Of a stretch of DNA of 64,000 nucleotides, positions 50,902 to 61,298 are shown piece after piece. The number at the start of each line of letters is the position of its first letter. Position 1 is the first letter of the stretch. The notes beneath the pieces were generated by a model. It did no database searches and was not told where the DNA came from. It saw only the letters and a program-made list of their open reading frames with translations. The translations under genes and the position numbers were made by a program. This DNA is from an uncultured delta proteobacterium. Lineage in GTDB: Bacteria > Desulfobacterota > Binatia > Binatales > Binataceae. The stretch is taken from NCBI GenBank assembly GCA_963765675.1, contig CAVXXK010000001.1, forward strand, positions 1,248,001-1,312,000. Direction: 5' to 3'.

Positions 50902-51654
50902 ATGAAGGACCCGCTGCTCAGACTCTTCGGATGGCGTGCGATGTTCATCCAGGGCGATCCAATGGTCTATGACCGCCTGTGCTGGCTCCGGCGTCATCTG
51001 CGCCCCGGTCGAATGCGAACTCTCGATGCAGGATGCGGCAATGGTGCGTTCACGCTCTACGCCGCGCGTATCGGCAATGAAGCGGTTGGGATCTCCTTCG
51101 ACGCTGCAAACAATCGCAAAGCCATCGCACGCGCTGCGATGCTCGGGATCACCGGCGCGCGATTCGTTCAGGGAGACCTGCGCCAGCTCGATACGATGCG
51201 TGCGGAGTTGGGTTCGTTCGATCAGGTGATTTGTCTCGAGACGATCGAGCACATCATGGATGACCACAAACTAGCGCGTGATCTAGGCATGATGCTTAAA
51301 CCCGGGGGGCGCCTATTTCTCAGCACGCCGAACAGCAAATGCCCTCCGATGCGCGGCGACAAGATCTCTGCGGTCGAGAATGGAGATCACGTGCGCTGGG
51401 GCTACACGCACGAAGAGATGCGCACGATCCTTTCCGACGCGGGCCTCACGACAGTTGCCGAGGAATATTGCAGTGGTCTGGTCTCGCAGAAGATCGGAAA
51501 TCTCGAGCGCAGCATCGGCGAGCTCACGCCGATGCTTGGATGGGCCGCGACCTTTCCGCTACGCGTGTTTCAGCTTGCAGATAGCGCATCCACTGAAGCG
51601 CTCGGCGCGCCTTATTTCAGTATTGCGGTGGTCGCCGAGAAGCAAAAACAGTGA
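50902..51654 (+). CDS. Class I SAM methyltransferase
   Basis: LDAGCGNG, FDQVICLETIEH, LKPGGRLFLSTPN, HVRWGY. Confidence 0.88.
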   Translation: MKDPLLRLFGWRAMFIQGDPMVYDRLCWLRRHLRPGRMRTLDAGCGNGAFTLYAARIGNEAVGISFDAANNRKAIARAAMLGITGARFVQGDLRQLDTMRAELGSFDQVICLETIEHIMDDHKLARDLGMMLKPGGRLFLSTPNSKCPPMRGDKISAVENGDHVRWGYTHEEMRTILSDAGLTTVAEEYCSGLVSQKIGNLERSIGELTPMLGWAATFPLRVFQLADSASTEALGAPYFSIAVVAEKQKQ

Positions 51655-52817
51655 ATGTTGCTGTCGCCAGTGTGGGGCGGTTTCACGCATTTGATTTAGC
51701 GCGGCAGATGGAGCGGCTGGGACATCTCGGGCGACTCTATACCGCCTATCCGCGGTTCAAGGTTGATGGACTGCCTGTCGCGAAAGTCAGTACTTTTCCC
51801 TGGCTCATGGGACCGGCGACTCTTGCAGGACGATTCGGATTTCCGGGACTGCGCGACCGACTGAATGTCGCGGCGATCGATTCCTTTGATCGCTGGATGT
51901 CGCGGCGGCTCGAGCGGTGCGACGTGTTTCATTGCCTCTCTTCGTTTGGACTCGAGAGCCATCGCGCGGCGCGCGCACGCTACGGTGCGCTCACGGTATG
52001 CGATCGAGGCTCGTCACATATCAGGTTCCAGAATGAGATTCTGCGCGAAGAATATGCCCGCTTCGATATCCCGTTCGCCGGTATCGACGCTCGCATCATG
52101 GAGCGCGAACTCGCCGAATATGAATTCTGCGATTTGATCAGCGCCCCATCGACCTTCGCGATGCGATCATTCATCGAGCGGGGCGTCCCGCGCGAGAAGC
52201 TGCGGCTGAATCCGTATGGCGTCGATCTCGCGATGTTTCATCCGATTCTCAAACGCGATTCAGTCTTCCGCGTGTTATTTGTCGGATCGATTTCGATTCG
52301 CAAGGGAGTCGCCTATCTGCTCGAAGCGGTTAAGCGCGCATCGATCCCGATGCTCGACCTGGTGCTGATCGGCAACATGGACGCCGATGCAAAAGAGACA
52401 ATCGATAAATCTGGCGTCGCGCTGCGCCATCTGGGCGTGCTCCCTCGCGCGCAACTCGCCGAGCATTATTCGCAGGCCTCCGTACTGGTGTTGCCGTCGC
52501 TAGAGGAAGGTCTGGCTCTGGTGCAGGCGCAGGCGATGGCGTGTGGAGTTCCGGTGATCGCGACGACTAACACCGGAGCCGAGGATCTGTTCACCGACGG
52601 CGTCGAGGGATTTGTTGTTCCGATTCGCGACCCGGACGCGATCGCCGCGAAGCTGGTTTATCTCTACGAGCATCCCGACGCGCGCGACGCGATGGGCGCC
52701 GCCGCGCTCGCGCGAGTACGCGCCATCGGCGGATGGAACAGCTACGGCGAGAAGATGGCAGCAATGTATCAATCCGCGCTTGCTGGGCGGGTGATCCAGA
52801 GCGGAATCGCGGTATAG
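51651..52817 (+). CDS. GT4 glycosyltransferase
   Basis: GRFHAFDLA, LFVGSISIRKG, LPSLEEGLALVQAQAMACG. Confidence 0.9.
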   Translation: MNVAVASVGRFHAFDLARQMERLGHLGRLYTAYPRFKVDGLPVAKVSTFPWLMGPATLAGRFGFPGLRDRLNVAAIDSFDRWMSRRLERCDVFHCLSSFGLESHRAARARYGALTVCDRGSSHIRFQNEILREEYARFDIPFAGIDARIMERELAEYEFCDLISAPSTFAMRSFIERGVPREKLRLNPYGVDLAMFHPILKRDSVFRVLFVGSISIRKGVAYLLEAVKRASIPMLDLVLIGNMDADAKETIDKSGVALRHLGVLPRAQLAEHYSQASVLVLPSLEEGLALVQAQAMACGVPVIATTNTGAEDLFTDGVEGFVVPIRDPDAIAAKLVYLYEHPDARDAMGAAALARVRAIGGWNSYGEKMAAMYQSALAGRVIQSGIAV

Positions 52818-52835
52818 TAAGTAACGGCTCCTCTG

Positions 52836-53768
52836 ATGCGTGAGCAATTTATCGCAGAGGTCAAGACCCTGATTCGTCCAGTGACCCGGCATAGGTTTCT
52901 GATCGAGCGCGTCAAATATCGGGGTGAGACGATACTCAGTGGCCAGGACGGCAATGATCGAATAGCCGAGATGATTCATCGTCCAGGTGCGGCTGGCAAA
53001 ATTGGCTCAGTGGAGATGAGAGTAGCGCGAGTCTATTTGCGGCGCCGCGATTCCAACGATTTATGCCAAAACTTCGGCCATTATGCATGGTGGGCGCACG
53101 TCGCCGCAGGCATCTATCCGCCCGATCCGCCCACTCTTTCGCGCTTCAGCCGCGAATTCCTGCAAACGCTCGGCGGAATTGATCTGCTTGCGGTCTGGTT
53201 CAACTTCGGCGAGGCGGCCGCTCGCCGGCGCTATGCTCCCCATGCGACGCTATGCGCCCTTTCCGGGCTCGAACCCTATTACCACGAGCGGCCATGGAGC
53301 GCGCAGTTGACGGGTAAACGCGTTGTCGTCGTCAGCCCGTTTGAAAAGACCATCCACACTCAATATCAACGCCGCAAAGAGGTCTGGGCGGCCAAGCCCG
53401 GCATGTTGCCCGAGTTCGATCTTCGCATCGTACGCTGCCCGCAGCCGGCGGGAATTATCGACCAGCCGGAATATCCTGATTGGTTTGCCGGCTTGGCGGC
53501 TCTCAAAGAGCAGCTCGGCGCCCAGCCGTTCGATGTCGCGATCATCGGTGCGGGCGCATGGTCGGTGCCGCTGGCGGTTCATGCGAAGTCGCTCGGCGGT
53601 TTCGGTATTCACATGGGCGGAGCGACGCAGTTGCTATTCGGCATCATGGGCGGCAGGTGGGACTCGAACGCGGAAATCGGAGCGTTCGTGAATGACGCGT
53701 GGACGCGTCCGTCGGACGAGGAGCGCCCGCGAAATTTTCGCCGTCATGAAAACGGTTCTTATTGGTGA
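52836..53768 (+). CDS. Conserved glycan-locus protein, possibly GT-D-fold-like
   Basis: KIGSVE, LEPYY..PWS.QLTGKRVVVVSPF, FDVAIIGAGAW.VPLA...IHMGGATQLLFGI.G.RWD, ENGSYW. Confidence 0.6.
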   Translation: MREQFIAEVKTLIRPVTRHRFLIERVKYRGETILSGQDGNDRIAEMIHRPGAAGKIGSVEMRVARVYLRRRDSNDLCQNFGHYAWWAHVAAGIYPPDPPTLSRFSREFLQTLGGIDLLAVWFNFGEAAARRRYAPHATLCALSGLEPYYHERPWSAQLTGKRVVVVSPFEKTIHTQYQRRKEVWAAKPGMLPEFDLRIVRCPQPAGIIDQPEYPDWFAGLAALKEQLGAQPFDVAIIGAGAWSVPLAVHAKSLGGFGIHMGGATQLLFGIMGGRWDSNAEIGAFVNDAWTRPSDEERPRNFRRHENGSYW

Positions 53769-53800
53769 ATCGTCTCACAGTGAGTACCAGGCGAATATAG

Positions 53801-55651
53801 ATGTGCGGGATCGCGGGGATATTCGCGTACGGCGCCGGAGCATCGCCAGTCGATGAAACCGAATTGGTGAAGATCCGCGAGGCGATGAGCGCGCGCGGCC
53901 CCGACGGCGCCGGAAGCTGGCTCTCTGCCGATCTGCGCGTAGGACTCGCGCATCGCCGGCTCGCACTGGTCGATCTGAGCGACACCGGGGCACAGCCGAT
54001 GGCGAACGCGGACGGCTCGCTCCAGATTGTCTTCAACGGCGAGATTTACAATCACCGCGAGTTGCGCCGGACGCTGGAAGCGCGGGGTTACCAATTCCGA
54101 TCGACCTCCGACACCGAAGTCCTGCTCCATCTTTATGCTGTCCACGGAGCCCGGATGTTCGACCTGCTCGAGGGAATGTACGCCTTGGCGATCTGGGACG
54201 CCGTCAGAAGGCGGCTGGTGCTGGCCCGAGACCCGTTCGGGATGAAACCGCTCTACTATGCCGACGACGGCCGCACCATGCGGGTCGCTTCTCAGGTGAA
54301 GGCGATTCTTCGCGGTGGTGCGGTCTCGTCGAGTCTCGATGCGGCGGGTCAGGTGGGATTTTTCCTTCTCGGCTACGTGCCTGAGCCGTGGACGATCTAC
54401 GACAAAATCAAAGCGCTACCCGCCGGCCACTGCTTGACGATAGAGGAGGGCGGCGCTCATCAACTGGCGCAGTTTTGCGATATCCGCCGCGAGCTGGCTG
54501 AGATCGGCCGCAATCCGCGACCGGACGATGGGAACAGGGCCGCGGTGCGTATCAAAGACGCGCTGGCGCACAGCGTCAATCAGCATTTGGTTGCGGACGT
54601 ACCGGTCGGAATTTTCCTGTCAGCCGGACTCGACTCGAGTAGTATCGCCGCGCTCTCGGCGAAAGCCGGTCTCACCCGGATAGATTCGATTACTCTCGGG
54701 TTCAAGGAATATGTAGGCAATCCTGCAGACGAAACCGTCGAAGCAGCCGATATCGCCGCGGCGTGCGGCCTGAACCATCACACGCGCTGGGTCTCGAAGG
54801 ACGATTTCGAAGCCGGCAGTGGCAGGCTGTTCGACGCCATGGATCAGCCAAGCATCGACGGCGTCAACACCTATTTCGTGAGCCTCGTCGCGCGAGCGCT
54901 AGGGTTCAAGGCCGCGCTATCAGGTCTCGGCGGTGACGAGATGCTCGGGGGGTACCCGAGCTATAGACAGGTGCCGCGTCTGGTGAGCTGGGGCCGCCTG
55001 ATTCCCGGGAGGTCGATCGGCGCCGGCGTGCGGCGAATCTCAGCGCCGATCGTGGCGCGGCTCTCGTCGCCAAAGTACGCGTCGATTTTGGAGTACAGCC
55101 GCACCTTCGGCGCCGCATATCTCATGCGGCGAGCGCTCCTGATGCCGTGGGAGATCGAATCGGTATTGGATCCGGACGTGGTGAAGCAGGGATTCTCGGA
55201 GTTCGATCCGGTCGAATTGATGGACCGGAGCATATCGGGCATCGAAGGTGATTATCTTAAGATCGCCGCGCTCGAGATGACATGGTACATGCGCAATCAG
55301 TTGTTGCGTGACGCCGATTGGGCGGGGATGGCGCACTCGATCGAAATCCGGATGCCGATGGTCGACCTGGCGCTGCTGCGGGAGGTTATGCCCGCGGTTG
55401 CGGCGCATCCGGAAATGCGAAAACCCGGCTTCCTGTCGGCCGTGTTGCGCGGATCGATTCGCGAAGAATTGCTTGCGCGCCCGAAGACCGGCTTCACCGT
55501 TCCGGTCAGGGAGTGGCTGCTCCAAAAAAGCGGAGTCCGCTGCGGTCGCGGCCTGCGCGGCTGGGCGTCGCTCATCGCCGGAGGTTTCGGGTTCGCGGTC
55601 AAGCGAAATGCCGGCGCGCAGGCCGAGCTCAATGCGGATTCTTTACACTGA
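53801..55651 (+). CDS. asnB: AsnB-family glutamine amidotransferase (probably glycan amidation)
   Basis: MCGIAG, RGPDG, HRRL, FNGEIYN, SDTEV, LSAGLDSS, SGLGGDE. Confidence 0.9.
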   Translation: MCGIAGIFAYGAGASPVDETELVKIREAMSARGPDGAGSWLSADLRVGLAHRRLALVDLSDTGAQPMANADGSLQIVFNGEIYNHRELRRTLEARGYQFRSTSDTEVLLHLYAVHGARMFDLLEGMYALAIWDAVRRRLVLARDPFGMKPLYYADDGRTMRVASQVKAILRGGAVSSSLDAAGQVGFFLLGYVPEPWTIYDKIKALPAGHCLTIEEGGAHQLAQFCDIRRELAEIGRNPRPDDGNRAAVRIKDALAHSVNQHLVADVPVGIFLSAGLDSSSIAALSAKAGLTRIDSITLGFKEYVGNPADETVEAADIAAACGLNHHTRWVSKDDFEAGSGRLFDAMDQPSIDGVNTYFVSLVARALGFKAALSGLGGDEMLGGYPSYRQVPRLVSWGRLIPGRSIGAGVRRISAPIVARLSSPKYASILEYSRTFGAAYLMRRALLMPWEIESVLDPDVVKQGFSEFDPVELMDRSISGIEGDYLKIAALEMTWYMRNQLLRDADWAGMAHSIEIRMPMVDLALLREVMPAVAAHPEMRKPGFLSAVLRGSIREELLARPKTGFTVPVREWLLQKSGVRCGRGLRGWASLIAGGFGFAVKRNAGAQAELNADSLH

Positions 55652-56702
55652 GACGAGTGCCTACGCTCCGTCCAGCGCGCACTTTCTCGAAGCACTCGAG
55701 GCGATGGCGGCGCGCGGCGAGTGCGAGTTCACATTTTTCGATGAAGCCAGATATCTCCGTCCGCAGCGATCGATCACGGCACGAATCGCGCAGCGCGTCG
55801 TCGGCCGCCCTGCCGGTTATCGCGCGGTTAACGCAGCTCTTGTCGCCGAGGCACGGCGCACTGCACCGGACATCGTGCTGGTCGGCAAAGGAGCTTATTT
55901 CTCCCCCGCGACTCTACGCCGGGTGCGCGAGGTCACCGGCGCGGTGATGGTAAACTGGGCATCGGACGATCCGTTTAATCGCGCGAACAGCACTGCCGAT
56001 CTGGTCGGGTCGATTCCGCTTTTCGATCTCTACGTATGCACCAAGCGCGCAGTGATGGACGATGTGGTGCGGGCCGGATGCGCGCGCGCGATCTACGTGA
56101 GATTCGGCTACAAGCCCAATCTCCACTTCCCGGAGCCTCCCGCGACCACGCAGGAGCATCGTCGCTTCGACTGCGACGTGATATTCATCGGCGGCGGCGA
56201 TGCGGATCGCGTTCCATACTTTGAGACTCTCGTCCGCGAGCTTCCCGAGTTGAACCTTAACCTCTACGGCGGATATTGGGATCGCTATCGCGCGCTAAGG
56301 CGCTACTGGCGTGGCAATGTGATAGGACGCGATTTTCGCCTCGCGGTCGGAGGCGCGAAGATTTGCGTGAACCTGGTCAGGCGCGCGAATCGCGACGACA
56401 CGGTGATGCGCACCTTCGAGCTTCCCGCCTGCGGCGGGTTTATGCTCGCCGAGCGAACCGCCGCGCACCAGGAATTGTTCGCGGAAGATCTCGAGGCCGT
56501 GTTCTTCGGCACTCCCGACGAACTGGTGGCAAAGGTTCGCCAATGGCTGATCCGCGACGACGATCGTCACACAATCGCGGTGGCGGGTTACCGCAAAATA
56601 TCCGGAGGCCGGAACACCTACGCCGACCGCATGAACGAAATTCTGGCTGCAGTCGCGGAGCTGCGCCCGACCCGAGAACTCAGGGAGGCCGGCCTCAAGT
56701 GA
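55632..56702 (+). CDS. Glycosyltransferase (CgeB/Glyco_trans_1_2-like)
   Basis: MRILY, NWASDDP, DVIFIG, KICVN...MRTFELPACGGFML. Confidence 0.82.
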   Translation: MRILYTETSAYAPSSAHFLEALEAMAARGECEFTFFDEARYLRPQRSITARIAQRVVGRPAGYRAVNAALVAEARRTAPDIVLVGKGAYFSPATLRRVREVTGAVMVNWASDDPFNRANSTADLVGSIPLFDLYVCTKRAVMDDVVRAGCARAIYVRFGYKPNLHFPEPPATTQEHRRFDCDVIFIGGGDADRVPYFETLVRELPELNLNLYGGYWDRYRALRRYWRGNVIGRDFRLAVGGAKICVNLVRRANRDDTVMRTFELPACGGFMLAERTAAHQELFAEDLEAVFFGTPDELVAKVRQWLIRDDDRHTIAVAGYRKISGGRNTYADRMNEILAAVAELRPTRELREAGLK

Positions 56703-56707
56703 GTAAC

Positions 56708-58243
56708 ATGCAACACGCGACTGGCTATCCAGCGAAATCAGATGATTCGAATGTGATCGCGGAAAATATCTACGAGCTGGTAGCAACTCGCGAGCGCGCA
56801 AGATTTACGATGCTTCGTCAACTCGCCGCGGGTATCGTATTCGCATTTATTATTTGCGCGCTTAATTATATTGCGCCTCCGCATACCACGGCGGTCGAAA
56901 GAGTCTATGGATCGTTGATGTTAGGGTTGATTGCCGTTCCGTTCTGGCTATGGCGGCTTGGCATCGATCCCAATCCCCCGTTTATCGTTCTTATCAGCTT
57001 GTTGTACTTCTACACTTACGGCTTTGGCGTCTTTCTTCTCAGATCATTCGCCGGCAATCCGTACCAGCCAGACGTGTCTCATCGCTGGATTGAAGTCGCT
57101 ATGAAGCTTGCGCTGGCCGGGATGGTCTTGATGCTGGCGGGTTACTATGCGTGGCCCTGGATGCCGATGCGCTCCATGGTCCCACGCTTCCGCATGCGCT
57201 GGAAAGATGCGCGCGCGGTTCGGCTGGCGGGATTCGTGATGGCGATTTTCGGTCTGCTGTTCTCCGCCAGCCATATACCGGGATTGCCAAAATCTCTGGC
57301 GCAAGTAACGGGCTATGCACAGGATAGCTTCACGGTCGGCATCTGCATCCTGATTGGTCTGTGGTGGATTGGAAGGCTCAGCCGGCTCTCCGCGTGGTTG
57401 CTGGTTCTCGTGCTGGTGCCGATGCGGCTCGGAATCGGCCTGGTGGGCGGAGCATCTGGCGGTTCGATAGTTATAGCCATGACGCTGGTACTGATGTACG
57501 CCGCGCTGTCTCATCGCATTCCCTGGATCCTGGTATTCGCGGGAACTGCGGCGTTGTTCATCGTCCGCCCCCTGGAACTGCCTTATCGCACTGCGACCTG
57601 GTCTCCTCGGGGAGAACTATATAACGCCTCTGATCTGCAAAAAGCTGAATATTTGTACGGCCTCATTTATCGGACAATTGTCGGGGGCGAGGTTCCGCCA
57701 GACACGCTGATCCAGGCGGCGGGAGCGCGGCTGTCAGATTTTCCGATGCTGGCGGACGTGATGTCCTTAACGCCTTCGGTGGTTCCGTACTGGGGTGGAG
57801 AAACATACTATTCGCTTCTCTTCAAGCCCATCCCACGAATAGTATGGCCTGACAAGCCCGAAGAAGTGACCGGGCGCACCTTCGGTCAACGCTATGGTTA
57901 CACGAGTCTCGCGAACCCGGGCACGTCGATAAATTTTGCGCAATTGATAGAGCAGTACGCCAACTTCGGAGTATTCGGCGTGATCATCGGAATGTTCGTA
58001 GTCGGAATGATCTATCGCGCACTACTCAGTATGTTCGTTGGTCCGGAGATGGGCCTCGGCGCGCTTGTGGCCGCGGTATTTATTGTCAGTTCGCTGTTTG
58101 ATCTCGAGACTGGCACCGGCTTGGTGTTCGGGGGAATTCCGTGGACCCTGATCTACCTTTTTTTGGTGGACCGGTTCGTGCTGCTGCTCCATTTCGAGTT
58201 ATCCGGAGTTGATCAACGGATTCCTGTGGCCGCGGCGCAATAG
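56708..58243 (+). CDS. Wzy-like polysaccharide polymerase
   Basis: About 12 TM segments, large periplasmic loop, PIPRIVWPDKP, EQYANFGVFG. Confidence 0.7.
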   Translation: MQHATGYPAKSDDSNVIAENIYELVATRERARFTMLRQLAAGIVFAFIICALNYIAPPHTTAVERVYGSLMLGLIAVPFWLWRLGIDPNPPFIVLISLLYFYTYGFGVFLLRSFAGNPYQPDVSHRWIEVAMKLALAGMVLMLAGYYAWPWMPMRSMVPRFRMRWKDARAVRLAGFVMAIFGLLFSASHIPGLPKSLAQVTGYAQDSFTVGICILIGLWWIGRLSRLSAWLLVLVLVPMRLGIGLVGGASGGSIVIAMTLVLMYAALSHRIPWILVFAGTAALFIVRPLELPYRTATWSPRGELYNASDLQKAEYLYGLIYRTIVGGEVPPDTLIQAAGARLSDFPMLADVMSLTPSVVPYWGGETYYSLLFKPIPRIVWPDKPEEVTGRTFGQRYGYTSLANPGTSINFAQLIEQYANFGVFGVIIGMFVVGMIYRALLSMFVGPEMGLGALVAAVFIVSSLFDLETGTGLVFGGIPWTLIYLFLVDRFVLLLHFELSGVDQRIPVAAAQ

Positions 58244-58260
58244 CTGCTGCGCGACGCATC

Positions 58261-59472
58261 ATGAAAAAGATCGGAGATCTTCGCGCGCGGCGGAACGCTC
58301 TGCGTGTGCTGCAGGTGACGCCTTATTATGCGCCCGCGTGGGGATATGGCGGCGTGGTCGAGGCGGTCTTCCAACTGACGCGTTATCTCGCACGCGCCGG
58401 AGCCGACGTGCGGGTGCTTACTACCGACGCCAACGGGGAGCATCAGCGCCTGACTCGAGAGGCTCGCGAGGCGCACACGAGCGGTACTGCTATCGAGACT
58501 ATTTACTGTCCCAGGCGCGCGGCAGACTCTAGCGCTCCATCGATGCTCGCGCGGCTGCCCGCATTGATCCGCTGGGCCGATCTCGTGCATCTGCATGCGG
58601 TTTATTCGTTCCCAACTATTCCGACGCTCGCGTATGCGAGGGTTCTTGGCCGACCGGTCATATGGACTCCGCGCGGTGCGCTGCAACGATGGTCGGGATC
58701 GCGGCGCGTCGGGTTAAAGTCGATGTGGGAGAAAATCTGCGGCGCGATCGCGCCGTCCCGGATGGCGTTGCATTTGACCTCGGACCAGGAGGCGTCCGAA
58801 AGCTTGGATCGTTTTCCGGCCGTCGCCCGGATAGTCGTTCCCAATGGGGTTGAGATTCCGAAGCGGGTCGAGCGCACGGAATCAGTGGGCAAGCTCCGCA
58901 TCGGGTTTATCGGCCGGATCGACCCGAAGAAGGGGATTGAGAACCTGCTCGACGCCTGCGCGATGCTCGCAGCGCGCGGCACGCCGGAGTTCTCGCTCGC
59001 GATCGCGGGAAACGGCACGCGCGAGTATCAAGAACGGATCGCGGCGCGTGTCGCCGCGTGTGCCGGCATCGCAATGTCTGGAGAGGTCCGCGCTGAAGAG
59101 AAGGAGCGATGGTTTGCAAACCAGGACGTCGTGGTGGTTCCCTCCTACACCGAAAATTTCGCAAACGTGATCGCCGAGGCTCTTGCTCGTGCGGTGCCGG
59201 TGATCGCCAGTCGCGGAACGCCATGGGCCGGCCTTGAAACACAAGGCTGCGGGCTTTGGGTCGACAACGATCCGGCGAACCTCGCGGCCGCAATCGAACG
59301 GATCTCGGCGATGCCACTGGCCGAGATGGGCGCTCGTGGCCGGGCTTGGATGATCGACAGATATTCCTGGGAGCGATGCGCGCGTGACATGATGCTCTGC
59401 TACCAGAAATTGGTCCGCACGCCGGGGGTCGCGGATTCTCCCGCCGCGGACCACGCGCGCGGCGCGGTCTGA
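58261..59472 (+). CDS. GT4 glycosyltransferase
   Basis: YYAPAWGYGG, TPRGAL, FIGRIDPKKG, PSYTENFANVIAEAL. Confidence 0.9.
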   Translation: MKKIGDLRARRNALRVLQVTPYYAPAWGYGGVVEAVFQLTRYLARAGADVRVLTTDANGEHQRLTREAREAHTSGTAIETIYCPRRAADSSAPSMLARLPALIRWADLVHLHAVYSFPTIPTLAYARVLGRPVIWTPRGALQRWSGSRRVGLKSMWEKICGAIAPSRMALHLTSDQEASESLDRFPAVARIVVPNGVEIPKRVERTESVGKLRIGFIGRIDPKKGIENLLDACAMLAARGTPEFSLAIAGNGTREYQERIAARVAACAGIAMSGEVRAEEKERWFANQDVVVVPSYTENFANVIAEALARAVPVIASRGTPWAGLETQGCGLWVDNDPANLAAAIERISAMPLAEMGARGRAWMIDRYSWERCARDMMLCYQKLVRTPGVADSPAADHARGAV

Positions 59473-59501
59473 CTGAGTTAGTAATCGCCTTTCTCATTTT
59501 C

Positions 59502-61253
59502 ATGTTGATTATCGGACTGAACGCCTACCACGGCGACGCGAGCGCGGCGGCGATCGTTGATGGCCGGCTGGTAGCAGCGGCGGAAGAAGAGCGCTTCACC
59601 CGCATAAAACACGAGGCGAGATTTCCCGCCCACGCGCTGCGCTACGTGCTGGAGGCTGCAGGCGCGTCACCCCGCGAGATCGACGTGATCGCGGTCGCGC
59701 GTGACCCGTGGGCGCGGATCGTACGCAAGGCAATGTATGCGCTGCGGATGCCGGCGCGTGCCGCGGGACGACTGGGCGTGCAGGGGCGATTCGCCGCGAT
59801 CGGCGCCGAGGTCGCGCGCGCTCTCGGCACTGCGGACGCGAAGTTCGAGGTACGCCGCGTCGAGCATCACCTGGCGCATCTCGCGAGCTCGTTTCTGGTT
59901 TCGCCGTTTGACGAAGCCGCGTTGTTCTCGATCGACGGACTCGGCGATTTCGCCTCCGCGATGTGGGGCGTCGGGCGCGGCGGACGAATCGAGCCATGGG
60001 GCGCGGTCGCGTTTCCGCACTCGCTCGGCATCTACTACACCGCGCTCACGCAGTATCTGGGCTTCCCGCGCTACGGCGACGAGTACAAGGTGATGGGACT
60101 TGCGTCGTATGGCGAGCCCGAGATGCTTGAGGAGTTTCGGCGCATCGTGATCACACCGAGCGGCGGCAAGATGGGTTTCGCGCTGAATCGCGATTATTTT
60201 CTGCATCATCGCGCTACCGCCGATATGACCTGGGCTGGCGGTGAACCCGCGATAGGACGCCTGTACTCGGACCAGCTCGTGGAGCGGTTGGGCGCCGCGC
60301 GTGACGCGGCCGAGTCGCTCGACAACCGCCATCACGCGATCGCCGCCTCGATGCAGCGGCGGCTCGAAGAAGTCGTGCTCGACAACCTGCGGGAACTGCG
60401 GCGGGCGACCGGAATGCGCAAGCTCTGCCTGGCAGGTGGAGTTGCCTACAACTGCGTCACCAACGGCAAGATCCTCGAAACCACCGGCTTCGACCAGATC
60501 TATATCCAATCAGCCGCCGGCGACGCGGGCCTTGCGATCGGCGCCGCGATGCAGGCGTGGCATCAAAGCGGCGCGCGCCCGCGCGACTTCGTGATGGAGC
60601 ACGCGCACTGGGGCGCGCAGTACAGCGACGGCGAAGTTGCAGTAGTGCTCGAGCGCTCGGGCGGTGAAATCGCGCGGCAGCGATGCGTGGTGCGCAAGAT
60701 TGACAATCAGCCTGAGTTGCTCTGCCTGGTTGCGAACGCGATAGCGCAGGGCAAGGTCATCGGATGGTTTCAGGGTCGCATGGAATGGGGACCGCGTGCG
60801 CTCGGCAATCGCAGTATCCTGGCCGACCCGCGCCGCGCCGAGATGCGCGAGATCCTCAACACCAAAATTAAGCGGCGCGAGGCTTTTCGACCCTTCGCGC
60901 CCTCAATTCTCGAGAAAAAAGCCGGAGAATATTTCACTCAGTCGCATCCCTCGCCGTTTATGCTGATGGCTTATTCGGTGCGCCCAGAGAAGCGCGGAGT
61001 CATTCCGGCGACCACGCATATCGACGGCAGTGGCCGCCTCCAGACCGTCTCCGAGGGCCAAAACCCGCTTTATTATCAGCTAATTAGCGCATTCGAGCGC
61101 CAGACCGGTGTGCCGGTGCTGCTCAATACCTCCTTCAACGAAAATGAACCGGTAGTGCAAAGGCCTGAAGAAGCGTTAGACTGCTTTCTGCGAACGCGAA
61201 TGGACTTCCTCGCGATGGGATCGTACGTAATTACACGTGACACGCAAATTTGA
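59502..61253 (+). CDS. NodU/CmcH-family O-carbamoyltransferase
   Basis: YHGDASAA..EEERFTRIKH, HHLAH, EYKVMGLA, AGGVAYN, GDAG, GPRALGNRS, RPFAP, LNTSFN. Confidence 0.93.
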   Translation: MLIIGLNAYHGDASAAAIVDGRLVAAAEEERFTRIKHEARFPAHALRYVLEAAGASPREIDVIAVARDPWARIVRKAMYALRMPARAAGRLGVQGRFAAIGAEVARALGTADAKFEVRRVEHHLAHLASSFLVSPFDEAALFSIDGLGDFASAMWGVGRGGRIEPWGAVAFPHSLGIYYTALTQYLGFPRYGDEYKVMGLASYGEPEMLEEFRRIVITPSGGKMGFALNRDYFLHHRATADMTWAGGEPAIGRLYSDQLVERLGAARDAAESLDNRHHAIAASMQRRLEEVVLDNLRELRRATGMRKLCLAGGVAYNCVTNGKILETTGFDQIYIQSAAGDAGLAIGAAMQAWHQSGARPRDFVMEHAHWGAQYSDGEVAVVLERSGGEIARQRCVVRKIDNQPELLCLVANAIAQGKVIGWFQGRMEWGPRALGNRSILADPRRAEMREILNTKIKRREAFRPFAPSILEKKAGEYFTQSHPSPFMLMAYSVRPEKRGVIPATTHIDGSGRLQTVSEGQNPLYYQLISAFERQTGVPVLLNTSFNENEPVVQRPEEALDCFLRTRMDFLAMGSYVITRDTQI

Positions 61254-61278
61254 CACTCGTAAACATCAATGAAATAAT
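61250..61278 (+). promoter_or_regulatory. Internal sigma70-type promoter
   Basis: TTGACA (61250-61255), 17 nt, AATAAT (61273-61278) with a TG extension; GAGGAG at 61291-61296. Confidence 0.65.
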
Positions 61279-61298
61279 CCTCGCACTTAGAGGAGTAT

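Noticed and set aside
53801-61253. AsnB plus carbamoyltransferase as a lasso peptide or antibiotic cluster
   Set aside because: There is no precursor, B protein or NRPS/PKS. The AsnB keeps its N-terminal Cys glutaminase domain and sits among Wzx/Wzy genes.
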